A DNA stretch of 64,000 bases from Octopus vulgaris (GCA_951406725.2 OX597815.1:180358001-180422000), one strand, 5' to 3'. Numbered from the stretch's first letter, positions 13,081 through 24,900 are shown. Notes: generated by a model from the letters alone, not told the origin. Program-made: numbers and translations.

Positions 13081-15265
13081 CTTCTCAAGTGCAGCATATT
13101 GCCAAAGGTCTCAGTCATTTGTCATTGCCTTCATGAGGCCCAACACTCAAAAGGTGCTTTTTACATGCTACCAGCATGGATGCCAGTTACGTGACACCAG
13201 CATTGGCTACATTGCCTCCGCGAGGCCCAACACTTGTAAAGGTGATTTTTATGTGCCACCAGCATCAGCTACACTGCCTCCATGAAGCCCAACACTTGTA
13301 AGATTATTTTTATGTGCCACCAGCACAGGTGCCAGTTATGTGATACCGACAATGGCCACAACTGTGATTTCACTTGGCTTGATGTCTTCTCAGGCATAGC
13401 CACATCACTAAAGGGCTCAGTTTCTTGATATTGCCTCCATGAGACCCAACATTTGAAAATCATGCTTCACCACTTTGTCCCATGTCTTCCTGAGTCTCCC
13501 TCTTTCACAGCTTCCTTCCATCGATAGAGATTGGCACTTCTTCACACAGCTGTCCATAGTGTCATATACATCACATGATCATACCGGTGTAGTCACCTCT
13601 CTCGCACACCACATCTGATACCTCTTATGTTCAACTTTTCTCTCAGGGCACTTACACTCTGTTGCACGTGCACACCCACACTGCACATCCAGCGAAGCAT
13701 ACTGGCTTCATTTCTTACAAGCCTATGCATGCCCTCAACAGTCACAGCCTATGTCTCACTGCTGTGTAGCATGGTTGTTTGCACACTGGCATCGTACAGT
13801 CTATCATTCACCCTGAAGGAAATGGCTTTTATTAGCAACAGAAGTAGGAGCTCTCTGAACTTTGCCCAGCCTATTTTTATTCTAACAGCTATGCTCTCAG
13901 AGCATCCTCCTCCACTACTGACTTGGTCACTTCTAGTTTGCTCCCTTGGCATTTGATAGAATCTATTTTCTGTACATTTTTAGTGTTAATTATACCTGTG
14001 CACCTTCCACACACAAAATCTAGTTTCCCTGCTAACCTTCCTCTGATATTACTGCACCTCTTATGTGTCCATAGCTTACACCAAGTACATCTTATGGAAT
14101 TTTTACTGATGCCTTTCCTACAGATTGAGCAAGGCCATCTACCTGAACAGATTTATGATTTGTCTACTTTCCTACTTACTAAGACTTTAGTTCTTGCTAG
14201 GTTTACTCTAAGGCCCTTCAATTCTAGACCTTGCTTCCACACCTGAAACTTCTCTAGTTCTGGTAGTGATTCAGTTATAAGAACAAGGTCATCAGAATAG
14301 AGGTGCTCCCAGGAGCAGCCTGTCTTAAATTCCTCTGTTGTTGCCTGGAGAACTATTATGAACTAGACGGGGCTGAGGACTGATCCGTGGTGAACCTCTA
14401 CTTGTACTCTGAATTCTTCACTATACACATTACCTTACTGACAGTATCCTTGTACATGGCTTGTACAGCTCTCACCAACCACTCATCTATCCCTAGTTTC
14501 TGCATTGACCACCAGATACAGGTTTGGGGAATCTTGACAAAGGCTTTCTCCAAGTCATTAAAAGCCAAATACAGAGATTTATCTTTGGCTATGTATTTCT
14601 CCTGCAGCTGCCTTACCAGAGATGTAGCGTCAGTGATGCTTTTCCTTGGCACAAAACCAAATTGCATCTCGCCTAGACTAACTCTCTCCCTAATTACTTG
14701 GGCTATGACTCTCTCCAGGACATTTATCACCTGATCCAACAATTTGATACCACTGGAATTATTTCTATCTGAGGCATCATGGTTACCTTTGCAGCAATTG
14801 ATTATGGTACTGCTACACCAGTCATTGGGTACCACCTGGTTAACTATACAGGTGACTAGACCATAACCTACACCGCCATATTTTAAGCATCTCAGCTTTC
14901 TCTCTCTTCATCATCATCATCATCATCATTTAACATCCGCTTTCCATGCTAGCAAGGGTTGGACGGTTCAACTGGGGTCTGGGAAGCCAGAAGGCTGCAC
15001 CAGGCCCAGTCTGATCTGGCAGTGTTTCTACAGCTGGATGCCCTTCCTAACTCCAACCACTTCGTGAGTGTAGTGGGTGCTTTTTATGTGCCAGACGAGG
15101 CTGGCAACGGCCACGATCGGATAGTGCTTTTTACGTGCCACTGGCACGGAGGCCAGTCGGGGCTTAATTGCTTTATCTACCAAGGTACTGTCGATTTGGT
15201 TAACTGGTCCCTCAGTTGGGTCAACATTTGGCAGACCCTTCTCCCATTCATTCTCTTCATTTGGC
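13081..15265 (-). mobile_element. 5'-truncated RTE LINE ORF2 whose 3' UTR continues at 10270-10517
   Basis: Motifs EGPVNQIDSTLVDKAIK, AEMLKYGG, MQFGFVP, FNDLEKAF, HLYSDDLVL, a C4HC3 finger, and GRLRKTWDKVVKHD occur in order. The element is split from its (GAT)n tail by the MULE. Confidence 0.9.
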
Positions 15266-15621
15266 AGCCTGTACTTTTTCCTTTCTATTGTATAGCTGAA
15301 AGGTGTTCTGCTGTATGTAAATAAGTCTAGATTTCTCATTTTTGTTTTTGTTCTCGTTCTTGCATACATTCGTTTGCCTCCCCCAGAGGCTTAGTGCTTT
15401 TAGTTTAAGTCCCTGGCACCCGCTGGATTTGAGTAGTATCGGAGATAGGAGGACTTCCTGGACTCTGACTGATGAGGAAATTGGCTGCGAATGATCCGTG
15501 TATCTTTTTTTTACCCTGTTTGCTCTTTGTTGTGCTATCGTTTGCTTTTCCACATGCTGTGTTTTGTTGGTTTCCATTTGTTGTGTTTATTCTGTCCTAC
15601 CTTTGATTTATATATATATAT

Positions 15622-16110
15622 ATCATCATCATCATCATCATCGTTTAACGTCCGTTTTCCGCGCTAGCACGGGTTGGACGGTTTCGACCGGGGTCTGGGG
15701 AGCCAGGGGCTGCCCCAGGCTCCAGTCTGGTCTGGCAGTGTTTCTACAGCTGGATGCCCTTCCTAACGCCAACCACTCCGCGAGTGTAGTGGGTGCTTTT
15801 TACGTGCCACCTGCACAGGTGCCAGAGGGGTCTGGCATCGGCCACGGTCGGTTGGTGCTTTATATGTGCCACCTGCACAGAAGCCAGTCGGGGCGGTGCT
15901 GGCATCGGCCACGTTCGGATGGTGCTTTTTATGTGGGGGGGGGGTGCAGAAATATAGGGGAGCACCAGTGGGGAGAGGTGTTCGGAGTGTTCATGTACTT
16001 GACTCAACAGGTCTCCTCAAGCACAGCAGGACGATCTGGGATCCGGGGTACTTTGAATGGGCAGGGGCTATGCGGAACTGATGCAGGAAGCAGCCCGGGT
16101 CTTTGCAGTC
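15622..16110 (-). mobile_element. Repeat family B (RTE LINE 3' end/UTR or RTE-tailed SINE with 60-66 bp internal repeats and a (GAT)n tail), representative copy
   Basis: Conserved core GTGGTTGGCGTTAGGAAGGGCATCCAGCTGTAGAAA...GTCCAACCCATGCTAGCATGGAAAGCGGACGTTAAACGATGATG. About 25 copies occur, e.g. 2355-2880, 4045-4625, 7140-7455, 9128-9278, 11042-11300, 11508-12010, 14908-15165, 16140-16675, 33180-33520, 36185-36420, 37800-37975, 38460-38620, 39940-40140, 40505-41090, 42415-42650, 43515-43930, 45040-45655, 46120-46445, 48235-48560, 51090-51450, 58410-58690, 60260-60650 and 61990-62560. Confidence 0.88.
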
Positions 16111-16859
16111 ACAGCATATATATATATATAAAAATGACTCACCGAGGAAATGACTAGAGACCGAGACTTTTGGAAGTATGCTGTGCGTGAGAAGACCCGG
16201 CAGGACAAGTGAGGCCATAACCCATGGCCTCTACCTGGGATATAGCCAGCCCACTTATGCATTCCTTTCCTTCTTGGGACACAAAACTCTACTTGTGAAG
16301 ACCTGTTGTGAAAATCAAAATCGTAATCGATCAACATCAATGGAATTTGTAGCTGTGATACCAGTGCCGGTGGCACGTAAGAGAACCATCCAAATGTAGC
16401 TGTAGCCAGCGCCACCCTGACTGGCCTCCATGCCGGTGGCACGTAAAAAGCATCATTCGATCGTGGCCGTTGCCAGCCTCGTCTGGTCTCCATGCCGGTG
16501 GCACGTAAAAAGCACCCACTACACTCACGGAGTGGTTGGCGTTAGGAAGGGCATCCAGCTGTAGAAACACTGCCAGATCAGACTGGGCCTGGTGCAGCCT
16601 TCTGGCTTCCCAGACCTCAATCGAACTGTCCAACCCATGCCAGCATGGAAAGCAGACGTTAAACGACGATGATAATGAAGATATCCTTAGCCTGAAGAGT
16701 AGCCTGTGGTACACACCTCACTTGGATTTTACCACTTCTGAGGTTCCACTCACTATGAAACATGTGGCCCAGATTTTTCATACTCCATTCCCTAACTCTT
16801 GTATATGTATGTATGTGTGTTTGTGTGTGTATGTATGTATGTATGTATGTATGTAGTCA

Positions 16860-17430
16860 GTCAGTCAATCAGGTCACTTTCGAGTGCTACTGGTAACATG
16901 TAACCCAGTACAACCTGTTGCATGGTCGGGCCGATGACTAAACCGGCAACCCCACCAAGCTTGCTTGGTGAGGAGGGTGTTTATTGGACACCCTACGGGA
17001 TGAGAAACAAAACCTGTCAAAGGGCGGAGGAACTCTTGAGAGTCAACAGCCATCTAATAAATGTGTAATTTTTTTTTTCTTACGGCTTAAGGCTGTATCA
17101 TGTGCGGGGACATAGAAATAATCGGACTGACTACCCGATCGCGCAGTTAAACCAGTGAAGGACTCCTAGCCTTTGTTAGGGCATCCTTCTAGGAGAAGGT
17201 AACTCAGGTAACTGAGATAACTCTGACATAAAACCTGCAGCTCAGTGGTTACCGATGATGTTGACTTGTTCTTCTTTTCGGATTATGGCTGCTGTTACTT
17301 AGTGAGTGGGATTGACTCAGTGCACAGCCTTTCCTCACTTAAAAAAAAATCTTCTTGCACTGGTATAGCACGATAACAACATTAAGTTTCGTGCAATGGC
17401 CATACTCGATAACGAAGGGGCAGCCACCAT
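16860..17430 (+). mobile_element. Probable RTE-type LINE 5' region or non-autonomous derivative
   Basis: GC-richer block between microsatellites. It contains GGGCATCCTTCTAGGAGAAGGTAACTC...ATAAAACC, which resembles the RTE 5'UTR motif, and twin hairpins at 16952-16995. Confidence 0.4.
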
Positions 17431-17509
17431 ATATATATGTATACATACATACATATACTCACAAACACATGTATATATGTGTGTGTATGCGTATATATAT
17501 ATATACATA

Positions 17510-17574
<65 letters not shown>

Positions 17575-17735
17575 TAAAGCTTATTTGCCAATGTAAAATG
17601 GCAGTCCTGATTAGGATGGTGTTACTGCCTTTTTTAGCCCTAGGAAAACATCTTTTCCAGTTGGCTATCCACGCACAATTACGTTCTTATACCTCGAACA
17701 AGGAGGCTAAATTCCCCACTCAGCCTTAAATGGTA

Positions 17736-17781
17736 CCTGCGGACTAATGGTTTCTGGGTTATTTCACTTCATCGGCACAGG
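17736..17781 (-). ncRNA. Minimal type I hammerhead ribozyme motif (degenerate)
   Basis: CCUGUG-CCGAUGA-A-GUG aaauaa CCC-A-GAAA-CCAUUAG-UC-CGCAGG. Stem I pairs over 6 bp and the triplet is GUC, with a U4C change. The paralogous copy at 18088-18132 retains the GGG/CCC stem II and ACCAUUGGU stem III. Confidence 0.6.
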
Positions 17782-18181
17782 ATTACCATTGGCTAGAGGT
17801 GGCAGCACTAGGCCTTGTTCGAGGTATACACTTTTAAAGTGACACACAGTCACTGATCTCATAAGAAGATAAACAATTAGTTTTAATTCTCCAAGTGAGA
17901 AATAAGTAGTAAGAGTACTACAGAGTAAAGTCTAATTGCCAACGTAAAGTGGCAGTCCTGTTTAGGACAGTGTTACTACCTTTTTTTAGCCCCAGGAATA
18001 CATCTTTCCAAGCTGGCTATTGATGCACAACTGCATCCTTATACCTCGAACAAGGGAGTTAATGTCCCCACCAAGCTTTAAACAGTACCAGTGGACCAAT
18101 GGTTTCTGGGTATTTCCCTTCATGGGTACAAGATAACCATTGGCTTGAGATGGAGAGTTAGCTCCTTTGTTCGAGGTTTGA

Positions 18182-18401
18182 CCCTTTAGTATTCAGATTA
18201 CTCTGTTAAATGTAATAATTTTTCACTCAAATTGTTTTGAATTAATCAAGCATTATCTTATAGCTTTGAGGTTTCAATGATGTGATTGTTTATTTTTAGA
18301 ATGTCAATGTAGGTTAGGTGTGAGAGGCTGGATATGGCCAGTTTGAATATAAAACATATAGAATATTTGGGCCGGATATGGCCGGTTTAAACACTAAAGG
18401 G
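18182..18401. mobile_element. piggyBac-type MITE (second family)
   Basis: Ends are CCCTTTAGT...ACTAAAGGG, flanked by TTGA and TTAA. A near-identical copy at 30176-30396 is flanked by TTAA/TTAA, and a decayed copy lies at ~54465-54625. Confidence 0.78.
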
Positions 18402-20111
18402 TTAAGGGTGCAGTTGTGTCATGATAGCCAGCTGGAAAAGATGTTTTCCTGGGGCTAAAAAATGGCAGCAACACTGTCCTAGTCAGGACAGCAGAATTTT
18501 AATTTTAAGTACTTTTTAGTTTCCATTAGAGCTGACAAATAAGGCAAATTCTACTGTAGAAATGTTGTCCTGTACTTTTACAGTTGTAATAACTGAAGAA
18601 TATTAACATGCATTCGCCCACATTTTGTATTGTAATCCACTTTTTTTTCCAGGCAATGCAATAAAACTAATAAATATTCTTTTGTTAAAAAACATTAATT
18701 ATTTTTCATTGTTGATGATTGAATGAAAATAAGAATTTTATGTTGGGTTTTTTTAATTTTCAAATATTTTTTCATAAATTCTGAAAATAAAACAAAGTTA
18801 TCTGGACAGGGTTTTGTTGCATTGGCTAATATAAAGTTGATTTAAAAAATGCAAACCCAATGCATCCACCATAAGGCACAAGGGGCCACTTGCCTTTTTG
18901 CTTTTTCTAAACAGCATTACCAGAAACCTTCAGATCTGCCAATTGAAAGAAAGAAGCTATAATAATTAAATTTTGAGGAATAACGTTTTTTAAAATGAAG
19001 TTTTCACATATATGCTAAAATTCCATATTACAATCTAATTTTCATAAACCAATTTAAAGCTCCTAAATAAAATATAACCAACTTTCCATAAACTGATTTC
19101 AAGCTCATCTATAAAAAACACAAAAAAATTTATTAAAAAATTTACTTTTTAAAAATTTTTTAAAGATTTTTCTTTTTAATTTTTGGTTTAAAGCTGTAAT
19201 TTTCTAGGTTTCAATTTTTATGTAATTGAAAATATGAATTTTTTCTATTTTTCTTTTTCTTCTATATTTGTTTTAATTTTTCTTCTTCATTCAATTCACC
19301 CCCCCCCCCATATTATTCATTTTTTCTTCATTATTAGTATGTTTTGTAGTCAATGCCCCTACCCCAATGAGAAGCTTAAAAATTAAAGCATGCAAGGGAT
19401 ATTTATTATAAATAAATGAGTGCATGTTTTGTGTTAATTAAATGAAACCTGCCTGTATATTTATTTCCTTTAAAATTAATAATTTTTTAGGATAACGAGA
19501 AGTGTAATTGTAAAAAAATATTAGACCCTATATCTTCACTGTATAGAAATAATTTTATATTGAAACAAAGTGCATAATACGAACATGCCAAAAATGAAAG
19601 TGCGAAAATTCATTATGAAAAATAATCTTGTATATAATATTGAATATTAATGTAATACTAATTTTATTATAAAATCAAGAAATAAATTAGCTATATCTAT
19701 ATATATAGTAAGAAGGGAATCCGATCATATGAATAGTAAAGCCAAGGCTAATATAAAATTCTTTAAAATGCAAAAATAGCCGATGTATCCACCGTAAGGC
19801 AAGAAGGCAAAGTTAATATGTTAGTCAAAATTCAAGTAAAATAAATATAAAGCCTGCAATTTGGCTACTGTTCTTGTCAACTTGGTTGAAAATAAAAAAA
19901 ATTGGAATCCTGCTACTCAGAAAATCCAATCATACTATCTGAAAGCAAAAACCTTGTCGATTTACCCAAAGAGATAAAAATCTAAATTCTGTTACTCTTA
20001 ATATTGAATTAAAGTTTAAAAGCAAACAAAAAGCTTATTAAGACTTCAGAAGTTCTAACAACTTTGGTTGTCGTAATGCTTTGCTTTCGTTTGTTTAATA
20101 AAAATTCCAGA

Positions 20112-21004
20112 TCTTTTTGCTTTGACCGGCAGATTTTTAAAATAATTTCTTTGTAACCAAACACTTTTAAACTTCATATACTGATAGAATGTGTTTATAA
20201 AACATCTTTTTCTCTTGGCTTTCTTGAGAAAATTCTGCAGTTTGTAAGCTATTTGTTGTTTAATTGCTTGCATTTCAGCAATTTCAACCAATCAATGACG
20301 ACTATTGAGGTGAATACAATTTCTCCGGATCTTTGTCAACAACAATTATTTGCAGTGTCATATGAATTTATCACTGTTATTTATGAGAAAAAAGATACCC
20401 TGTGGCCATAAACTGAGGGGTCACTCGTAAACAGAGCTGGATAACAAAACCGTTCCCTCTTTAGTGTCCACCCATAATTATGACCCTAGTATCGATCTAT
20501 TGCATTTTAATCTGTTTTAGGGTTAGGGGTGGGGGAAGGGTATCTTTTTCTTCAGAAATGTAAATAAACCATATCTGTTTCTTAAACGAATATATGATAT
20601 GTAATGTGTGTATCTGTGCAACAGAGGGAAATTAAAACTGCATATGTTGTGAACTTAGAATATGTGTTTATTAACAAAAGTTTAATAACGATAATCTTTT
20701 ATTCATACGAACGTAACTGATATGAAATATGTCATAAATAACACTGATAAACTGAGTAGACACCACAAGAAATTGTTGACAAGGAACAGCAGAAATGGTA
20801 TTCACCTCAATAGACGTCATTGATTGGTTTAAATTGCTGAAATGCAAGCAATTAAACAACAAATAGCTTACAAACTGCAGAATTTTCTCAAGAAAGCCGA
20901 GAGAAAAAGATGTTTTATGTAACACATTCTACCAGTATATGAAGTTTAAAAGTGTTTAGTTACAAAGAAATTATTTTTAAAATCTGCCAGTCAAAGCGAA
21001 AAGA
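20112..21004. repeat. Long inverted repeat (~275-bp arms 20112-20386 and 20732-21004, 345-bp spacer)
   Basis: For example, TTTCTTGAGAAAATTCTGCAGTTTGTAAGCTATTTGTTGTTTAATTGCTTGCATTTCAGCAATTT in the left arm is exactly reverse-complemented in the right arm. Confidence 0.92.
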
Positions 21005-21194
21005 ACCAAAATTACTCCTCGTATAATGATTTTGCTTTCATTTTGTGATAGATATGTATCATTCAGAAAATGCCTGCTTCTAAATCCTGTTTTGTGGTTA
21101 ATTGTAAATGATTAAACTTTAAAATTCAGTAACATCTCTCTACAATAAGTATGTATGTATGTATATATATATATATATATATATATAGGGGGGG

Positions 21195-21750
21195 GATTCA
21201 CGAAAAAACAAAAGGCGAAGACAGGTGGTGTAGATAATAAACAGATGTATTAGTATAACACTCAGGAATAGAAAAAGTCTTTTACGTTTCGAGCCTACAC
21301 TCTTCTACAGAAAGGAACACAGAAAGAAACAAGGAGGTTTAGAAAGTATAAAAATAATAGTAATAATAATAATGATAATAATAATAATAATAATAGTTTT
21401 ATGTAAAGTTCAAAGGTTTAGATGTCATGGTGTATTGCAAGGATTTTTCATCAAGAGTCCACAGTAATCCATAAGCAGGAGAGGTGTAGCCGGAGGGTAA
21501 ATGTCCAAAAGAGAATCCGTAAAAGGTGGAAAGTCCAGTGGAGAATTTTGTGTGTGATAAGAGGTGACAGGATCAACTGGTGCGACCACGTGAGAGTGTG
21601 ATATATGAGGAGAATTCACGTAAAATACAAAAGATGAAGACAGGTGGTGTAGAAAACAAACAGATGTATTAGTATAAAGCTCAGGAATTAAAAAAGTCTT
21701 TACATTTTGAGCCTATGCTCTTCTACAGAAAGGGACACAGAAAGAAATGT
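21195..21750 (-). mobile_element. Penelope pLTR-like/retrozyme-like element: two ~130-bp direct repeats, each with a hammerhead-like motif
   Basis: Direct repeats lie at ~21200-21335 and ~21620-21748. A third copy is inverted at ~31955-32105. Confidence 0.65.
21279..21314 (-). ncRNA. Variant minimal hammerhead motif (CUGUAGA core)
   Basis: CUUU-CUGUAGA-A-GAGU guag GCUC-GAAA-CG-UA-AAAG. Stem I is CUUU/AAAG, stem II is 4 bp, stem III is the palindromic ACGU, and the triplet is GUA. Confidence 0.5.
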
Positions 21751-21959
21751 TCGTGTGTGTGAGTGTTTATTTACGATGAACAGCAGAAAAGAGTCCACTT
21801 GTCATCAATTGTCAACTTGCCCCTTCTCTCCTTAAAGCTACGTATTCATCATACCTTTGTTTCCCTTCATGGGCATCTTAAAAGTTGCTTATGTGTATGT
21901 GTGTGTTAATTGATTATTTGTGTGTATGCGTGTGTGTTTACGAAAGTATATATGCAGCG

Positions 21960-24900
21960 TCGTTAATAAAAAAGCCTAGAACTGGTCGTGAGTGAGTAAA
22001 TGTAGGGCTTGAGAATATTATTCACACACTACTGTATGTGAATGAAATTGTTTGGAAAAATTAGCACCATGACACTCGTTTTGATGAGTTCTATCATATG
22101 AAGTATTAGAAAAATAATTTCCAGATTTTGAATTTCATTTTAGGTGTTACCACATTTTTCAACAAATTTGGCCCCACTAGTTTTTTATTTCAAAATTTGT
22201 ATTGATGCAATCAGCATCATCTGATTTCTCTAGTGGAGGTCTATCTGGAAAGTTGAATTTAAATATAGTTTTCTTTTGAAACGAGAATATCTGGAGTCGA
22301 ATTTTGATTTCAGGAACATTTGGCACCTCAGTACTTTTATTTCTACTGAATATTTTTACATAACATGGATAGATTCCTCTCGCCGAGATCTGTCATATAG
22401 GCTGACTCAAATCAATTTCAGGTGTTACTCTCCCATTTTTGACCTCACATATTTTACTGAAACTTTTTTACAACTGTTTCAATTTTCAAATTTTCTAGGT
22501 GAAAATGTAGCTTAGGATGGGACCATTCAAAAAATGTAAACATCTAATTTGGTTAAAAAGTGAGTTAGTGACAAAGCCTTGGTCGTGAGTGAGTAAATGT
22601 TGACCTTAAGAATAAAATTCACACACTCCCATATGTGAATATTTTTTGGAATGATTAGCACCATGACACTCGTCCCGATGAATTCTATCATATGAGGTAG
22701 TAAAAAAATAAGTTTTTAGGTGTCACCACGTTTAACAGCACATTTGGTCACAGTAGCTTTTTTTATCTTGCTATATAATTGATGTCATTGGGTTCCTCTA
22801 GTGGAGATCTCTCTGAAAAATGGAATTCCAATATAGTTTTCTTTATAAATAAGAATAGTTGGAGTCAATTTCAGTTGTTAATCTCTTATTTTTCACTGGT
22901 TTTTACCTCAGTACTTTTTTTCTACTGAACATTTTTGCATAGAAGTAACATGGATAGATTCCTCTCACCAAGATCTATCATATAAGCTAAAATAAATAGA
23001 TTTCTTGAAGAAAAAACAAAACATATTTGGACTCAAAGTCGATTTCATGTGTCACTCTCCCATTTTTGATCTCACATAATTTGCTGAAACATTTTTTCCT
23101 ACTGAAGGAATTTTCAAATATTTTAGCTGAAAATGTAGCTTATGATGTGACCAATATAAACATGTAAACATCATTTAATGTGGCTTAAAACTGAGTTAGT
23201 GACAAAGCCTAGAAGTGGTCCTTAGTGAGTAAACGTTGACCTTAAGAATATTATTCACGTGCTCCTGTGTATGAATGATATTTTTTTGAAAGATAATACC
23301 ACAATACTTGTCCTGATGAGTTCTATTATATAAGGTATTAAAAATAGTTTTAGGTTTTGAATTTTATTTTAAGCGTTACCACTTTTTGGGGCACATTTGG
23401 CCCCAGTAGTTTTTTTTTTATTTAAATTGTTTCTGAGTATAATTGGCATCATCGGATTCCTCTAGTGGAGATCTATCTGAAAAATTGAATTTCAATATAG
23501 TTTTCCATTCAAATAAGAACAATATTTGGAGTTAAAATCGATTTCAGGTGTTAATCTCCTCTTTTTTGCTGGTTTTTATCTGAGTACATTTTTTTTTCTA
23601 GTGAATATTTTTGCAAGTAACATGGATAGATTCCTCCAGCTGAGATCTATCATACAATCTACAATAAAATATAGGTTTCTTGAAAAAAGGAATATTTGGA
23701 CTCAGTCAATTTCAGGTGTCACGTTTTTGATCTCACATGTTTTGCTGAAACATTTTTTTCTACTGAAGACATTTTCAATGTTTGTAGCTGAAAATTTGAT
23801 TTCAGGCGTTAACCTCCTTTGTTTTTTCACTGGGTTTTACCTCAATACTTTTTTATACTGAATATTTTTGCAAATAAGTAACATGGATCTATCATATAAA
23901 CTAAAATAAAATACAGATTCCTCTAAAAAAAAAAAAATTGAAATCAAAGACTATTTCAGGTGTTACTCTTTCATTTTCCATCTCATATTTTATGGAATCT
24001 TTTTTTTCTACCATAGCAATTTTCAGATTATGTAGCTGAAAACCTAGCCTAGGATGTGACAAATCTAAAAACGTAAACATCATCTAATTTGGTTACAGAG
24101 TGGGTTAGTGACAAGGCCTAGGAGTGGTCGTGTGTGAGTAAATGTTAACCTTAAGAATAATATTCACGCAATACTGTGTGTGAATGATATTTTTTTGGAA
24201 AGATGAGTACCACGTCTTGATGAGTTCTATTCTTTTTTTTTTTCTTTTTTTTTTTTCCAGAAAAATCTATATTTCATTTTAGCTTATATGATAGCTCTCA
24301 GTGGGAGGAATCTATACCTTTGTTACTTATTTGCAAAAACATTCAGCAGGCAAAAGTACTGAGATAAAACCTGGTGAAAATAAAAAGGAGATTAACATCT
24401 GAAATCGAAATTTGACTCCAAATCTTATTCTTATTTCAAGCAAAAACTATATTTCAATTCAAACTTTCCTATAGATCTCCACTAGAAGAATTTGATGGTA
24501 TCAATTATTTGAAGGAAATTTTAAAATAAAAAACTGCTGGGGCCAAATGTACCAAAAAAAGTGGTAACTCTGAAATCAAATTGGAAACCTGAAATTTTTC
24601 TTAAAAACCTCATATAATAGAACTCAAGACAAGAGTCATGGTGCTAATCTTTCCAAACAAATTTTCACACATGGTAGTATGTGAATAATATTCTTATGGT
24701 TAACATTTACCCCTGACCAGTTCTAGGCTTTTTCATTAACTCAGATTTTAGCCAAATTAGATGATGTTTACATTTTTAGATTGGTCACATCCTAACCTAT
24801 ATTTTCACCCTCAAAATTTTTTAAATTGGTACGGTAGAACAAAAGTTTCAGTAAAATATGTGAGATCAAAACTGGGAGAGTAACACCTGAAATCGACTTT

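Larger units (their letters stand above)
17572..18492. mobile_element. Two tandem copies (~352 bp period) of a long-inverted-repeat element with a central hammerhead motif
   Basis: Copy 1 is 17572-17830 and lacks most of the right arm. Copy 2 has arms 17952-18062 and 18157-18492, with the right arm split by a TTAA MITE. Confidence 0.75.

Noticed and set aside
15465-15495. CTGATGAGGAAA motif
   Set aside because: There is no stem II between CUGAUGA and GAAA and no stem I or III, so it is a chance match.
20517-20530. TTAGGGTTAGGG as an interstitial telomere
   Set aside because: Only two units, located inside a small repeat element.
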